Source: an uncultured delta proteobacterium (lineage in GTDB: Bacteria; Myxococcota_A; UBA9160; SMWR01). From it: 64,000 nucleotides of DNA. Position 1 is the first letter of the stretch. The number at the start of each line of letters is the position of its first letter. Location of the stretch: assembly GCA_963832165.1 (NCBI GenBank), contig CAWHTE010000001.1, positions 480,001 to 544,000 of the forward strand. Reading direction: 5' to 3'. Positions 51,412-61,319 of the stretch are shown in pieces. The translations under genes and the position numbers were made by a program. The notes under the pieces were generated by a model. That model did no database searches. It was not told where the DNA came from and was given only the letters and a program-made list of their open reading frames with translations.

Positions 51412-52250
51412 GAGGCCTCCATTCGATCGAGCGCTGCGTCCATGGCGTTGCGCCGCTGGTCGTAGAACGGGCGGAACGAGCCGTGCGTCACCACGTACGG
51501 CACATCGTCGATCAAGCCTGCGAGGAGATTGCGGATGGCGTGCGCGGGCGTGACGACGTCGCCGTCGGCCATCGGTCGGTGCGCGAGCATCGCCTGGAGA
51601 TCCTCGGGCCGGCGCACCGACGCGCCGAGCTGGGACGGGCGGGCGAGGGCGCTGCTCTCGAGATGCCGCGTCGCCATGCCGGCGGGGAACAGGATCGTCA
51701 CGCCGATGCCTTCGTCGGCGAGCTCCTCGCGCAGCGTCTCTCCGAACCCCATCACGGCGAATTTACTCGTCTGGTAGACGCCCATGCGCACGCCCGGGGA
51801 GAGCACGCTCGACGAAGCCGTGAGCACGATCCGCCGCCAGCCGTGGCGCGAGCGCAGGAGCGGCAGGAATTCCCGAACCGTCCGCACCATGCCGAGCACG
51901 TTGACTTCGAGCACCCAGCGCCAGTCGTGCTCAGTGAGATCTTCGATGGCGCCGAACTGCTGCACGCCCACGTTCGCGCACAGCACGTCGCACCCGCCGA
52001 GCTTCGAGGCGACGTGGCGGGCCGCGTCGGAGACGGAGCTCTCGTCGCCGACGTCGACCCGCAGCGACGTGGTCGGGACACTGAACTCGTGCGCGAGCGC
52101 AGTCGCCGTCTGCCGAGCCGACGCCTCGTCGATGTCGAGCGCCGCGACGGACATCCCGGCGCCCGCAAAGAGACGTGCCATCGCAGCACCGAGCCCGGAC
52201 CCCGCACCCGTGATGACTGCGATCTGCCCGGCGAGCTCCGCCGCCGTCAT
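51408..52250 (-). CDS. Short-chain dehydrogenase/reductase
   Basis: TGAGSGLG, YQTSK. Confidence 0.9.
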   Translation of the reverse strand: MTAAELAGQIAVITGAGSGLGAAMARLFAGAGMSVAALDIDEASARQTATALAHEFSVPTTSLRVDVGDESSVSDAARHVASKLGGCDVLCANVGVQQFGAIEDLTEHDWRWVLEVNVLGMVRTVREFLPLLRSRHGWRRIVLTASSSVLSPGVRMGVYQTSKFAVMGFGETLREELADEGIGVTILFPAGMATRHLESSALARPSQLGASVRRPEDLQAMLAHRPMADGDVVTPAHAIRNLLAGLIDDVPYVVTHGSFRPFYDQRRNAMDAALDRMEAS

Positions 52251-53014
52251 TTCGGTGCGAAGCGCTGTCCGCCGTCGAGGCGGATCGTCGATCCGTTCAG
52301 CATCGGGTTCTCGAAGATCGTCTGGGCCATGCGCGAGTACTCCTCGGGTCGGCCCATGCGCTTCGGGAACGCGGCGTCCTTGGTGAGCGCGTCCTCCATC
52401 GCCTGCGGAATACCGCGCGTGAGGCCGGTGTGGAACAGGCTCGGCGCGATCGTCATCACGCGGATGCCCATGCTGCCGAGGTCGCGCGCCATCGTGAAGG
52501 TCATACCCGCGATACCGGCCTTGGCGGCGGTGTAGGCGACCTGTCCGATCTGTCCTTCGAACGCGGCGATCGAGGCGGTCATGAGGATCACGCCGCGCTC
52601 GCCGTTCGCGTCGGGCTCGTTGCGGCTCATCCGCTCCGCGCACAGGCGCGCCACGTTGAAGCTCGCGATCAGGTTGAGGTCGACCACGCGGCGGAACTCG
52701 TCGAGCGGGTGCGGACCCTCCTTCGTGAGTGTGCGCTTCGCGATGCCGCCTCCGGCGGTGTTCGCGCTGAAGTGGAGCGAGCCGAGCGCATCGCAGGCCT
52801 CGCCGAGCGCGCGCTCGGTACCGGCGAAGTCGGTCACGTCACACGCGTAGAAGCGCGTCCCATTCCCGAGCGCGGCCGCCGCGTCCTCACCCTTCGAGGT
52901 GGGCAGATCGAGGATCGCGACGCGCGCGCCCTCGCGGATCAGCATCTCCGCCGTAGCACGCGCCATTCCCGACGCACCTCCCACGATCACAGCCGTCTTT
53001 CCGCGAATCTCCAT
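52247..53014 (-). CDS. SDR, 3-hydroxyacyl-CoA dehydrogenase type II (HSD17B10-like)
   Basis: GGASGMA, GERGVI..TASIAAFEGQIGQVAYTAAK. Confidence 0.9.
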   Translation of the reverse strand: MEIRGKTAVIVGGASGMARATAEMLIREGARVAILDLPTSKGEDAAAALGNGTRFYACDVTDFAGTERALGEACDALGSLHFSANTAGGGIAKRTLTKEGPHPLDEFRRVVDLNLIASFNVARLCAERMSRNEPDANGERGVILMTASIAAFEGQIGQVAYTAAKAGIAGMTFTMARDLGSMGIRVMTIAPSLFHTGLTRGIPQAMEDALTKDAAFPKRMGRPEEYSRMAQTIFENPMLNGSTIRLDGGQRFAPK

Positions 53015-53039
53015 CTTCGATCAGCTCCTCTTCGTTCGT

Positions 53040-54059
53040 TTATTCCTGGGCCTCGGCTCCCACCGCGACGAGCGCGAGGTCGCGCGACGATACCGAGCCG
53101 ATGTCGAACTTGTTTGCCGACGCGAGCATGCGCGTCAGCGCGGCCGCGATCGACATCGGGGGCTTCGTTTCGCCCTTCTTCACCTTGTGGAAGCGCACCG
53201 GATTGATCCGTGCGACCACATAGTTGCGCAGATACGGCGACTTGAAGCCGCGCGTCTGCAGCTGCGCGACGATGCGCTTCACGGCCGTGTCGATCTCCTG
53301 GAGACGCGCCGAATAGCCCTCGCGCTCGCGCAGGCTCGCGGACAGAGCGCGCTCGCTGAACCGGTCGACCTTCTTCAGGAACGAGCTGTACGCCCCGCCC
53401 GCAAAACGCGAATTGTCTTCGTACACGAGGCCGAGCGTGATCAGCTCGGGGGCCTCGAAGTGGGCGGAATAATCCGACTCCTTCGCGGATCGCTCGCGCA
53501 CCGCGAGGCTGCGCGCCATCCGAACGACCTCGAGGCTGCGGTCCTTCAGGTTGTGCGCCTTCTCGGTGTTGAGCGCGAGGATCCGATAGGCGAGGGATTC
53601 GTCCGGAGAGACGAGCGCCGTGATCTGCTGCAGGCCGAGGAACTTCGCGGCCGCGAGCCGATGCCGGCCGTTCGGCGTCCAGAACCCGTTTTCCCCGCGT
53701 ACGGCGATCAGCGGATCGAGGAACACGCCGGTCTCGTCGATACGCTCCGCGAGCCGCTTGGCGTGAGTCGGCGAGAGGTCGCGCTGAAACGGCGTCGGAT
53801 TCACGGCGTCGAGTGGCAGCGCCGCAATCAGGAGCGAGCGCCCGCTCAGCGGCTCGCGGTAGGCGCCGATCGACGCACCGCCGCGTTGCTGCACGAGCGC
53901 CGCGAGGTCGGCGATGTCGGGGTGAGCGAGGTCGAGCACGATGTCGGCGGCGGAGAGTCCGCGCGCCTGCTTCGCGGGTGCGAGCCGGCCCCGTGTGCGT
54001 CGACCGGCCTTTCGGCGCGCCGACGTCGATTTCTGGACGCGTACTTTCTTCTTGGGCAT
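53040..54059 (-). CDS. ParB/Srx-N domain protein
   Basis: PTPFQRDLS, FLDPLI, TPNGRHRLAA, LNTEKAHNL; basic N-terminal tail. Confidence 0.8.
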   Translation of the reverse strand: MPKKKVRVQKSTSARRKAGRRTRGRLAPAKQARGLSAADIVLDLAHPDIADLAALVQQRGGASIGAYREPLSGRSLLIAALPLDAVNPTPFQRDLSPTHAKRLAERIDETGVFLDPLIAVRGENGFWTPNGRHRLAAAKFLGLQQITALVSPDESLAYRILALNTEKAHNLKDRSLEVVRMARSLAVRERSAKESDYSAHFEAPELITLGLVYEDNSRFAGGAYSSFLKKVDRFSERALSASLREREGYSARLQEIDTAVKRIVAQLQTRGFKSPYLRNYVVARINPVRFHKVKKGETKPPMSIAAALTRMLASANKFDIGSVSSRDLALVAVGAEAQE

Positions 54060-54070
54060 GGGGGGGAGTC

Positions 54071-55615
54071 TCAGCTGCGTGCGGCGCAGCGTACGCCATG
54101 TTCACGCAGGAGCTGCTGGAGCGCCTTCTTGTCCACCTTGCCCGTCGCCGACATCGGCACGGGCTCGGGGTCGGGGAAGACGAGCCAGAGCGTCGGAACC
54201 TTGAACGCGGAAAGCCGCGCGCGCGCGGCGTCGGCCAGCGTCTCCGCGTCTTCCTTCGACACGATCAGCGCCGCGACCTCCGGTGCACCGCCCTCGGCCG
54301 CGACGTCGGTCACGAACGCCTGTGCGACACCCGGGATCGAGCGGAGACCCGACTCGACCTCCGTCGGGTAGACCGTCGCTCCCTTGACCTTGAACATGTC
54401 GTCGCGACGACCCGCGTACCAGAGATAGCCATCCTCATCGAGTCTCCCGAGGTCGCCCGTCGCGTACCAGCCCTCCGCGTCGAATACCTCGGCGCGCGTC
54501 CGACCGCAGATGCCGCGCATCATGTTGGGTCCGCGCAGCTGGATCTCCCCGTCGACGATGCGCACCTCGATGCCTGCGAACGGGTGGCCGCAGCTTCCGT
54601 GTTTGGCGGCCGGGAGATCGACGTCGAGGCGTGCGCCGCAGTAGGGCCCCCCGGACTCGGTCATGCCGAAGAGGTTCGCGCGCGCGCCGGGTCGCGGACG
54701 CTGTGCCGGCGGGAGCACCGCGCCCAGGCTCGCCGGGCGCAGCGACGACAGATCGGCGGCGGCGAACGCCGGGTGAGCGGCGATGTGCGCGGCCTGGTCG
54801 GGCCAACCGCGGAACAGCGTCGCACGCTCGCGTTCGAGCAACCGCAGCGTGCGGCCCGGCTCCGGCGTCTCCTCGGTGAGAAGTGTCGCGCCCGCGAGCA
54901 GCACCGAGAGCAGTCCGCCGCAGAAGCCCCCCGTCCAGAAGAAGGGCATCGGGATGTAGAGCCGTTCACCCGGCCCGATGCAGCGCGCTTCGAGCCCGGC
55001 TGCGGTCGCGCGCAGCGCGCTGCCGTGCGTGTGGATCACACCTTTCGGTGTTCCGCGGCTGCCCGAGGTGAACAGCACGACCATGTCGTCAGCGGGGCGA
55101 ACTCCGCGCTCGAGCGCTTCTACGAGCTCGGGCGATGCCGGCGGTGTGTCCGGGAGCTCACCCCAGATCCAGATCCGGCGCAGCGCAGCCGCGAGCGGAT
55201 CGCGCCGACCGCTGCCGACGCGGTCCTCGAGCTCCGGCGCGACGGAGCGCAGATCCTCGAGGTATTCGCGGTTGCGATAGGCGCGCACCGTGATCAGATG
55301 CGCGACGGCCGCGACCCGGAGCTGTGCGATGAGCTCCGGGGGGCGGAGCAGCGTGCTCAGCGGAACGAGGACGCCGCCGATGCGCATCACCGCGAGGGCG
55401 ACCGTGGCCCAGTCGATCCCATTCGGCATGAGCAAGCCGACCCGGTCCCCTTTGGAGAGACCGGCTCGGATCAGGCGGGCCGCGAACGCTCGGGTCGCGT
55501 CGTCGAGCTCGGCATAGCGGATCTGGCTGTCGTCGCTCACGAGCGCGTGCAGCCCCGGATCGCTCCGGCGCCGCAACGCCATCACCGCCGGAATCGTCCA
55601 CGCATCAGGCCGCAA
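54071..55615 (-). CDS. Acyl-CoA synthetase (FadD, class I adenylate-forming)
   Basis: FTSGSRGTPKGV, FGMTES, TGDLG, TGKVDK; TTG start after GAGGAG (ATG 55582 alternative). Confidence 0.9.
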   Translation of the reverse strand: MRPDAWTIPAVMALRRRSDPGLHALVSDDSQIRYAELDDATRAFAARLIRAGLSKGDRVGLLMPNGIDWATVALAVMRIGGVLVPLSTLLRPPELIAQLRVAAVAHLITVRAYRNREYLEDLRSVAPELEDRVGSGRRDPLAAALRRIWIWGELPDTPPASPELVEALERGVRPADDMVVLFTSGSRGTPKGVIHTHGSALRATAAGLEARCIGPGERLYIPMPFFWTGGFCGGLLSVLLAGATLLTEETPEPGRTLRLLERERATLFRGWPDQAAHIAAHPAFAAADLSSLRPASLGAVLPPAQRPRPGARANLFGMTESGGPYCGARLDVDLPAAKHGSCGHPFAGIEVRIVDGEIQLRGPNMMRGICGRTRAEVFDAEGWYATGDLGRLDEDGYLWYAGRRDDMFKVKGATVYPTEVESGLRSIPGVAQAFVTDVAAEGGAPEVAALIVSKEDAETLADAARARLSAFKVPTLWLVFPDPEPVPMSATGKVDKKALQQLLREHGVRCAARS

Positions 55616-57230
55616 CGAACAGCTCCTCGAGAGCGTGCCGATCGACCTTCCCGCTCGGCAGCAGGGGGACCGCGTCGTCCGCGAGTAACACGAAACGCCG
55701 CGGCACCTTGTAGGAGGAGAGGTGCTCGGCGAGCCGGTCCCGGACCTCGTCGACATCGACGACGCGACCGGCCGGCACGCGCACCACCGCCGCCACCAGC
55801 TGGCCGCGCGCGTCGTCGGAGATCCCGATCACGTGAGCGAAAAGACCCGTGAGATCTAGGATCGCCGCTTCGACCTCGCGAGGCGAGACGTTGGCCCCGC
55901 TCGTCTTGATCATGTCGCCGCGACGTCCCTTGAAGTAGAAGAACCCGTCCTCGTCGACGGCAAACCAGTCGCCGGTGCGATACCAGCCATCGGCGTCGAA
56001 GACCTCGTGTCGCTCGCGCCCGTAGTAGCCCTCCATCATGAACGGGCTCCGCAGTCGGAGCTCGCCCTCCGCGCGAGGAGCGCAGCGCGAGCCCGTCTCG
56101 GGATCGACGACCAGGGCTTCGAATCCGGGCACCGGACGCCCGAACGATCCCCGTCGGTGCTCGGGCTGATCGGACTCGTCCTCGCTCGTGAGGCACACGC
56201 TGCCGGTCTCGGTCATGCCGAGCATCGCGTGGCGCAGCTCCGGGCTCGCGGGGCGCACGTCGTCGGGCATGATCGGGTAGAGATTGCCGCGTCGGATCGA
56301 GGAGAGATCCCGTTTCGCGAAGCCCGGGTCGCGCGGAAGATGGGCCACCGATTGGGCGAACCCATTCACCATCGTGGGTCGCTCGCGCTCGAGCACGTCG
56401 AGCACGTCGGCGGAACGAGGCGAGTTCGAGCACACGAGCCGCGCACCGGCGACGAGCGTGCCCAGGAACGAGTAGGCGAGCCCACCGATCCAGAAGAACG
56501 GCGAGTTCGAGAAGAGGACCTCATCGGCCGTGTACCGGCGGATCTGGTTCAGGTTGTCGAGGTGCCGGATCAGCGCGCCGTGCGTGTGGATCACGCCCTT
56601 CGGATCGCCCGTCGAGCCCGAGGTGTGCACGATCGTGAGCCGGTCGCCCGCGCCGACGGCCGCCTCGGCAGCCTCGAGCACGGCGGGCTCGATCGACCGC
56701 CCGGCCGCCTCGATCGCTTGCAGGGACCACGCCGGATCGACGCCAGAACCCGGATCGACGAACGCGATGCGCCGCAGCACGGGCATCGAGCTCGCGAACA
56801 GGGGAGGAGCGATTCCGAGGTCGAGCTCGGGGATGACCTCGCGCAGCGTGGCGACGTAGTCGTGCGATCGGTACGACGAGGCGGAGAGCAGCAGCGCGAC
56901 GTCGGCGTTGCGAAGCAGCACGCGGAGCTCCGCGCCCGTCGAGAATGTGCTGAACGGGACGCCCACGGCTCCGATCCGAGCTGCGGCGAGCCACGCGACG
57001 GCGAACGCGCTGCCATTGGGATGGAGCAGGGCGACGTGCGTTCCACTGCCGGCTCCGAGGGCGAGCAGGCCCCGCGCGAGCGCCGCGGACCGGCGCTCGG
57101 CGTCGGCGTAGGTCAGCACGTCGTCGTCGCACGTCAGCAGCGCGGATGCGCCGTGCGACTCCGCGCGCGCGCGCAACAGCGCCGGCAGCGTGAGCGGAAG
57201 CCCATCTCCGGCGTCGATCACCGCGGCCAT
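55605..57230 (-). CDS. Acyl-CoA synthetase (FadD)
   Basis: HTSGSTGDPKGV, LGMTET, TGDW, SGKVDR. Confidence 0.9.
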   Translation of the reverse strand: MAAVIDAGDGLPLTLPALLRARAESHGASALLTCDDDVLTYADAERRSAALARGLLALGAGSGTHVALLHPNGSAFAVAWLAAARIGAVGVPFSTFSTGAELRVLLRNADVALLLSASSYRSHDYVATLREVIPELDLGIAPPLFASSMPVLRRIAFVDPGSGVDPAWSLQAIEAAGRSIEPAVLEAAEAAVGAGDRLTIVHTSGSTGDPKGVIHTHGALIRHLDNLNQIRRYTADEVLFSNSPFFWIGGLAYSFLGTLVAGARLVCSNSPRSADVLDVLERERPTMVNGFAQSVAHLPRDPGFAKRDLSSIRRGNLYPIMPDDVRPASPELRHAMLGMTETGSVCLTSEDESDQPEHRRGSFGRPVPGFEALVVDPETGSRCAPRAEGELRLRSPFMMEGYYGRERHEVFDADGWYRTGDWFAVDEDGFFYFKGRRGDMIKTSGANVSPREVEAAILDLTGLFAHVIGISDDARGQLVAAVVRVPAGRVVDVDEVRDRLAEHLSSYKVPRRFVLLADDAVPLLPSGKVDRHALEELFVAA

Positions 57231-57880
57231 CACGCTCCGCCTCTGCGAGGCGAGACGTCGGGCAACGCGGCGAGGTCGCCCGCGACCGCTTTCACCTCCG
57301 CTTCGCAGAGCACGTCGCCGCCGGCGAGCAGCCGCGCCGTGGACGTGATCCGGCCGTCGGCGACGGCGCGCTCCACCTCGAACGCGAGCTCGGTGACGAG
57401 CGGCGTCGGCCGCCGGAAGCGGACCGCGATCGAGGTGGTCTTGCCCGCAACGCCGACGTCGCAGTTGTGGTGCTGAACGACCAGGTCGAAGAACACGGCC
57501 AGGACACCGCCGTTGACGAGCCCGGGCGGGCCTTCGAAGACGATCGGGAACTCGACCGTGCCCGACGCGCGATCGCCGTCGACGCGGATCTGGTAGATCG
57601 GGAAGCACGGATTGAAGGCGCCGACGTCGCGCGAGTGGTCGATGTAGGCACGGCGGCTCGCTGTTGTCGCGGCACCGATGCGCGGCGTCGGATCGGCCGG
57701 GGCGAGCTTTGCGAGCTCCTCCTCGGCGCTGCGCAGCGCGGCGGCGAGCCGCTCGAGCGCGGGATGCGGAGCCTCGAGCGACAGCACGAGACCGGCGACG
57801 TTCCGGAGCCGCTCCGCCACCTCGAGCGACTCTCGCAGCGGCTCGACGCCGAACGTCCAGCGTCTCTCGTCGCCGCCCAC
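57230..57880 (-). CDS. PaaI/hotdog-fold thioesterase
   Basis: FEGPPGLVNGGVLAVFFD, FRRPTPL. Confidence 0.82.
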   Translation of the reverse strand: MGGDERRWTFGVEPLRESLEVAERLRNVAGLVLSLEAPHPALERLAAALRSAEEELAKLAPADPTPRIGAATTASRRAYIDHSRDVGAFNPCFPIYQIRVDGDRASGTVEFPIVFEGPPGLVNGGVLAVFFDLVVQHHNCDVGVAGKTTSIAVRFRRPTPLVTELAFEVERAVADGRITSTARLLAGGDVLCEAEVKAVAGDLAALPDVSPRRGGA

Positions 57881-59062
57881 TCAACGACTCTTCGGCATCC
57901 CGAGGATGCGCTGCGCGATCAGGTTGCGCTGGATCTGCGAGGTCCCGGCCGCGATCGTCGTCTGGAACGACCACAGGTAGTCGCGCACGATCTCGCTCGT
58001 GCGCACGCCTTCGAAGTCGGCCGTGCCCACGATCGGCCTGCCGACCACGCGCACGGCGAGCTCCGTGATCTCCTGGGCGAGCTCGCTGTAGCGCAGCTTG
58101 ACCGCCGAGCCGAGCGGCGACGGGATGCCCGTGCGCTCCGCCTCCGTGACGCACATCTGCGTCAAGCTCCAGAGCGCCTCGACGCTCGCGTACAGGTGCC
58201 CGATCCTGCCCCGGAGGTCGTCCCACGCCGTTCCGCGGGCGCTGCGGCGCGACATCGCGAGCGACGCGAGGCGAAGGACCTCCGAGCGCATCGTGATGAT
58301 GTGCTGTGCGAACGCGGTTCCGCGCTCGAATCGCAGCGTCACGTTGGCGACGCGCCAGCCATCGTTCTCCGCGCCGACGCGATCGTCGATCGGGACCCGC
58401 GCCCCGTCGAGGAACACCTCGCAGAAGTGGCTCTCGCCGTCGATCGTGCGCATCGGGCGGACCGAGACTCCGGGCTGGTGCATGTCGAGGATGAGCCAGG
58501 TGATCCCCTTGTGCTTCGGAGCGTCGGCGTCGGTGCGCACGAGCAGCTCGCAGTAGTCGGCGACGTGCGCGCGCGTGCTCCAGACCTTCTGTCCGCTGAT
58601 GATGTACTCGTTGCCGCGGCGCTCCGCGCGCGTGCGCAGCGAGGCCAGGTCGGAGCCCGCCTGTGGCTCGGAGAATCCCTGGCACCACACGCTCTCGCCC
58701 TCGAGGATGCGCGGCAGGTGGTGCGCGCGCTGTGCGTCGCTGCCCTCGGCGATCAGCGTGGGGCCCGCGTGCATGAGGCCGACGAAGTTCACGCCGATGT
58801 AGGGAGCACCCGCGCGCGCGTACTCCTCGAGATAGACGAGCTGCTGGCTGATCGGCAGCCCGCGCCCGCCGAACTCCTTCGGCCACGCGAGACCGGCCAG
58901 GCCCGCGTCGGAGAGCTTGCGCTGCCATGACGTGTCGTAGGCGCGGCGCGCGGGCCAATCACCCGAGGGAGGCGGGGTGCCGTGTGCGGGCACCTCCTTC
59001 TCGAGCCAGGCGCGGATCTCGGCGCGGAACACCTCGTCGTCGTGGCTGTAGCGCAGATCCAT
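57881..59062 (-). CDS. Acyl-CoA dehydrogenase (catalytic-type subunit)
   Basis: WCQGFSEPQAGSDLASL, TLRFERG, AGTSQIQRNLIAQRILGMP. Confidence 0.93.
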   Translation of the reverse strand: MDLRYSHDDEVFRAEIRAWLEKEVPAHGTPPPSGDWPARRAYDTSWQRKLSDAGLAGLAWPKEFGGRGLPISQQLVYLEEYARAGAPYIGVNFVGLMHAGPTLIAEGSDAQRAHHLPRILEGESVWCQGFSEPQAGSDLASLRTRAERRGNEYIISGQKVWSTRAHVADYCELLVRTDADAPKHKGITWLILDMHQPGVSVRPMRTIDGESHFCEVFLDGARVPIDDRVGAENDGWRVANVTLRFERGTAFAQHIITMRSEVLRLASLAMSRRSARGTAWDDLRGRIGHLYASVEALWSLTQMCVTEAERTGIPSPLGSAVKLRYSELAQEITELAVRVVGRPIVGTADFEGVRTSEIVRDYLWSFQTTIAAGTSQIQRNLIAQRILGMPKSR

Positions 59063-59064
59063 GC

Positions 59065-60540
59065 TCAGGCCTCGGCGAACAGGGTGGTGACGGCGGCGAG
59101 GTCGACCTTCGCCGAGGCCGTGCGCGGCAGCTCGTCGACGATCCGGATCTCGACCGGCAGCTCGTAGCGGGCGAGGCACGCCGAAGCGTGTGCGAGCAGA
59201 TCCTGCGGCGTGATGCGCTCCGATCCGCGGCGGAGCTCGACCGCCGCGACCGGCACGGCGCCGAGCCGGGGATCGGGGCGACCGATCACCGCGGCGCCGC
59301 GCACGCGCGGATGTCGCTCGAGGGCCGCGCGCACATCGTCGGGGCGCACCTTGAAGCCACCGCGAATGATCACCTGGTCGGCGCGGCCCAGGATCCAGAC
59401 GAAGCCGTCGGCGTCGATGCGCGCGAGGTCCGTCGTCCGGACCCACGCGCCTCCCGCGCCGAGCTGCGCAGCCTTCACCTCGAGCAGCCCCTCCGCGTCG
59501 ACGCCGAGCATCGCGCCGCTCTCGGGGTCTACGACGCGGAGCTCGCAGCCCGGGTGGGCGCGTCCGACGCTGCCGCGCTTGGTGGACCCATGGCGCCGGA
59601 AGTCGGCCAGGTTCCATCCGGCGACGCCGCCGCCGAACTCCGTCGCACCGTACGATGCCAGCACGGGGATTTCGTACCGCGCCATGAACGCATCGGCGTC
59701 GGCGGCCGACAGCGGCGCGGTCCCCGAGATCACGGAGCGGATGCTGGCCAGGTCTTCGCGTGCGACGTCGGCTTCGAGGACCATCCGCAGCGCCGCGGGC
59801 ACGAGGCTCGCCGTCGCGGGCCGATGGCGGCGGACCGCGTCGACCCAGCCCTCGACGGTGAACCGCTCGAGCAGCGCGAACGAGCGCCCGTCGCACACGC
59901 ACTGCAACACGCGGAACATGCCGGCCACGTGGACGAGCGGGGAATTGATGATCGCCACTCCGCTGCGCAGGCGCGGGGCCGCATCGCGGTTGGACTCGTA
60001 GTGCTTCGCGCCGGAGAGCGAACGCGCGAGCATCTCGTAGGAGAGGTCGACGCGCTTGGGCGGGCCCGTGGTCCCGCTCGTGAGCACTTGCACGGCGACA
60101 CCGGGCCGGGTCGAGGGGATGGACGACGGCGCCATTCGCGCGACATCGACGGTGACACCGACGTCGCGCGCAGACAGCGCCGCCGCGGCGACCTCGGGTC
60201 CGACGAGATTCGCGAGATCTTCGGGCTCGCCCGCGACGACGGGAAGCTCGAGCGCGGCGATTTCGCGGCGCACGCGCTCGGCTCCGCGTTGGGGATCGAT
60301 CGAGACGACACACGCGCCCGCGCGGATCGCACCCAGCACGAAGGCCACCGGTGCCGGCCGATTGCGCAGGATCACGCCGATCCGCGTGCCCGCGACGGGA
60401 AGCTGCGCGGCCACGGAGTCGGCGGTGGCAGCGAGCTCGCCCCACGTGTGCCAGCGTCCGCCGAACTCGAGTGCATGCGCGGAGGGATCGATCGCGAGCA
60501 CCGCGGCGATGCGCTCGCCCAGCTCGGGGGACGCGTCCAT
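59065..60540 (-). CDS. Acyl-CoA synthetase (FadD)
   Basis: TSGTTGPPKRV, SYGATEF, RGGFKV, SAKVD. Confidence 0.88.
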   Translation of the reverse strand: MDASPELGERIAAVLAIDPSAHALEFGGRWHTWGELAATADSVAAQLPVAGTRIGVILRNRPAPVAFVLGAIRAGACVVSIDPQRGAERVRREIAALELPVVAGEPEDLANLVGPEVAAAALSARDVGVTVDVARMAPSSIPSTRPGVAVQVLTSGTTGPPKRVDLSYEMLARSLSGAKHYESNRDAAPRLRSGVAIINSPLVHVAGMFRVLQCVCDGRSFALLERFTVEGWVDAVRRHRPATASLVPAALRMVLEADVAREDLASIRSVISGTAPLSAADADAFMARYEIPVLASYGATEFGGGVAGWNLADFRRHGSTKRGSVGRAHPGCELRVVDPESGAMLGVDAEGLLEVKAAQLGAGGAWVRTTDLARIDADGFVWILGRADQVIIRGGFKVRPDDVRAALERHPRVRGAAVIGRPDPRLGAVPVAAVELRRGSERITPQDLLAHASACLARYELPVEIRIVDELPRTASAKVDLAAVTTLFAEA

Positions 60541-61319
60541 CAACGGATCCTCGGCGGTCGATCCGACGGCGGCTTCTTCTTCGCCTCGGCCATGCCGATC
60601 GGATTGCCGAGCCGCGTATAGATCAGGCCCTGTTCCATCGCCGCGCGGTAGGGGCGGTCGAGCGACTCCCAGATCGCGCGGACCGTGCCCTGCGTGGCGG
60701 CGGATGGCTTGCTCGCGATCGCGGCTGCGATCTCGTGCGCGCGCTTCCACAGCTCTGCGCGCTCGACCACCTCGCTCACCAATCCGATCCGGAGCGCCGT
60801 CTCGGCGCCGACCCGCTCGTCGTTGCCGGAGAGCGCGATGCGCAGCGTCTCGCCGAGCCCGATCCGACGCATGAGCCCGACCGGCTCGAGAGCAGACACC
60901 ATCCCGTAGGTCACGTGCGAGTCGAAGAAGGTCGCGTCCCGCGAGCAGATCACGATGTCGGCCTCGTTCACGAAATAGAACGCGCCGGCCGTGCACATTC
61001 CCTGGACCGCGCAGATCACCGGCTTCCACACCTTCTGCCACTTCGGGGAGAGCAGCTCGCCGGGGTCCTCGTGGTTCCAGACGTCGTCGGGCTGGCCGTA
61101 CGGCTTCTTGACGTCGAGCCCGGCACAGAACGCGCGGTCGCCCGCCGCGCGCAGCACCACGGCGTTCACGGCCGGATCGGACTTGATCCGCTGCCAGGCG
61201 GAGCGGATCTCCTCGCACATCTGGCGGTCGAAGGCGTTGAGCGCGTCGGGACGATCGAGCGTGATCGTCGCGACGAGGTCCGGCGTCGTCTCGTACCGGA
61301 TCGTGGAGTAGGCGCTCAT
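60540..61319 (-). CDS. Enoyl-CoA hydratase/isomerase
   Basis: DRPDALNAF, FCAGLDV, FFDSHV. Confidence 0.9.
   Translation of the reverse strand: MSAYSTIRYETTPDLVATITLDRPDALNAFDRQMCEEIRSAWQRIKSDPAVNAVVLRAAGDRAFCAGLDVKKPYGQPDDVWNHEDPGELLSPKWQKVWKPVICAVQGMCTAGAFYFVNEADIVICSRDATFFDSHVTYGMVSALEPVGLMRRIGLGETLRIALSGNDERVGAETALRIGLVSEVVERAELWKRAHEIAAAIASKPSAATQGTVRAIWESLDRPYRAAMEQGLIYTRLGNPIGMAEAKKKPPSDRPPRIR

Noticed and set aside
53040..54059. Plasmid or ICE partition locus
   Set aside because: No parA, parS repeats, replication or mobility genes nearby.
55605..58958. 1117-aa fused ligase, and similar N-terminal extensions (886-2841, 29604-32228, 57881-60445, 62128-63999)
   Set aside because: The extensions overlap other clear genes in a different frame; the true starts have an RBS or coupled stops.
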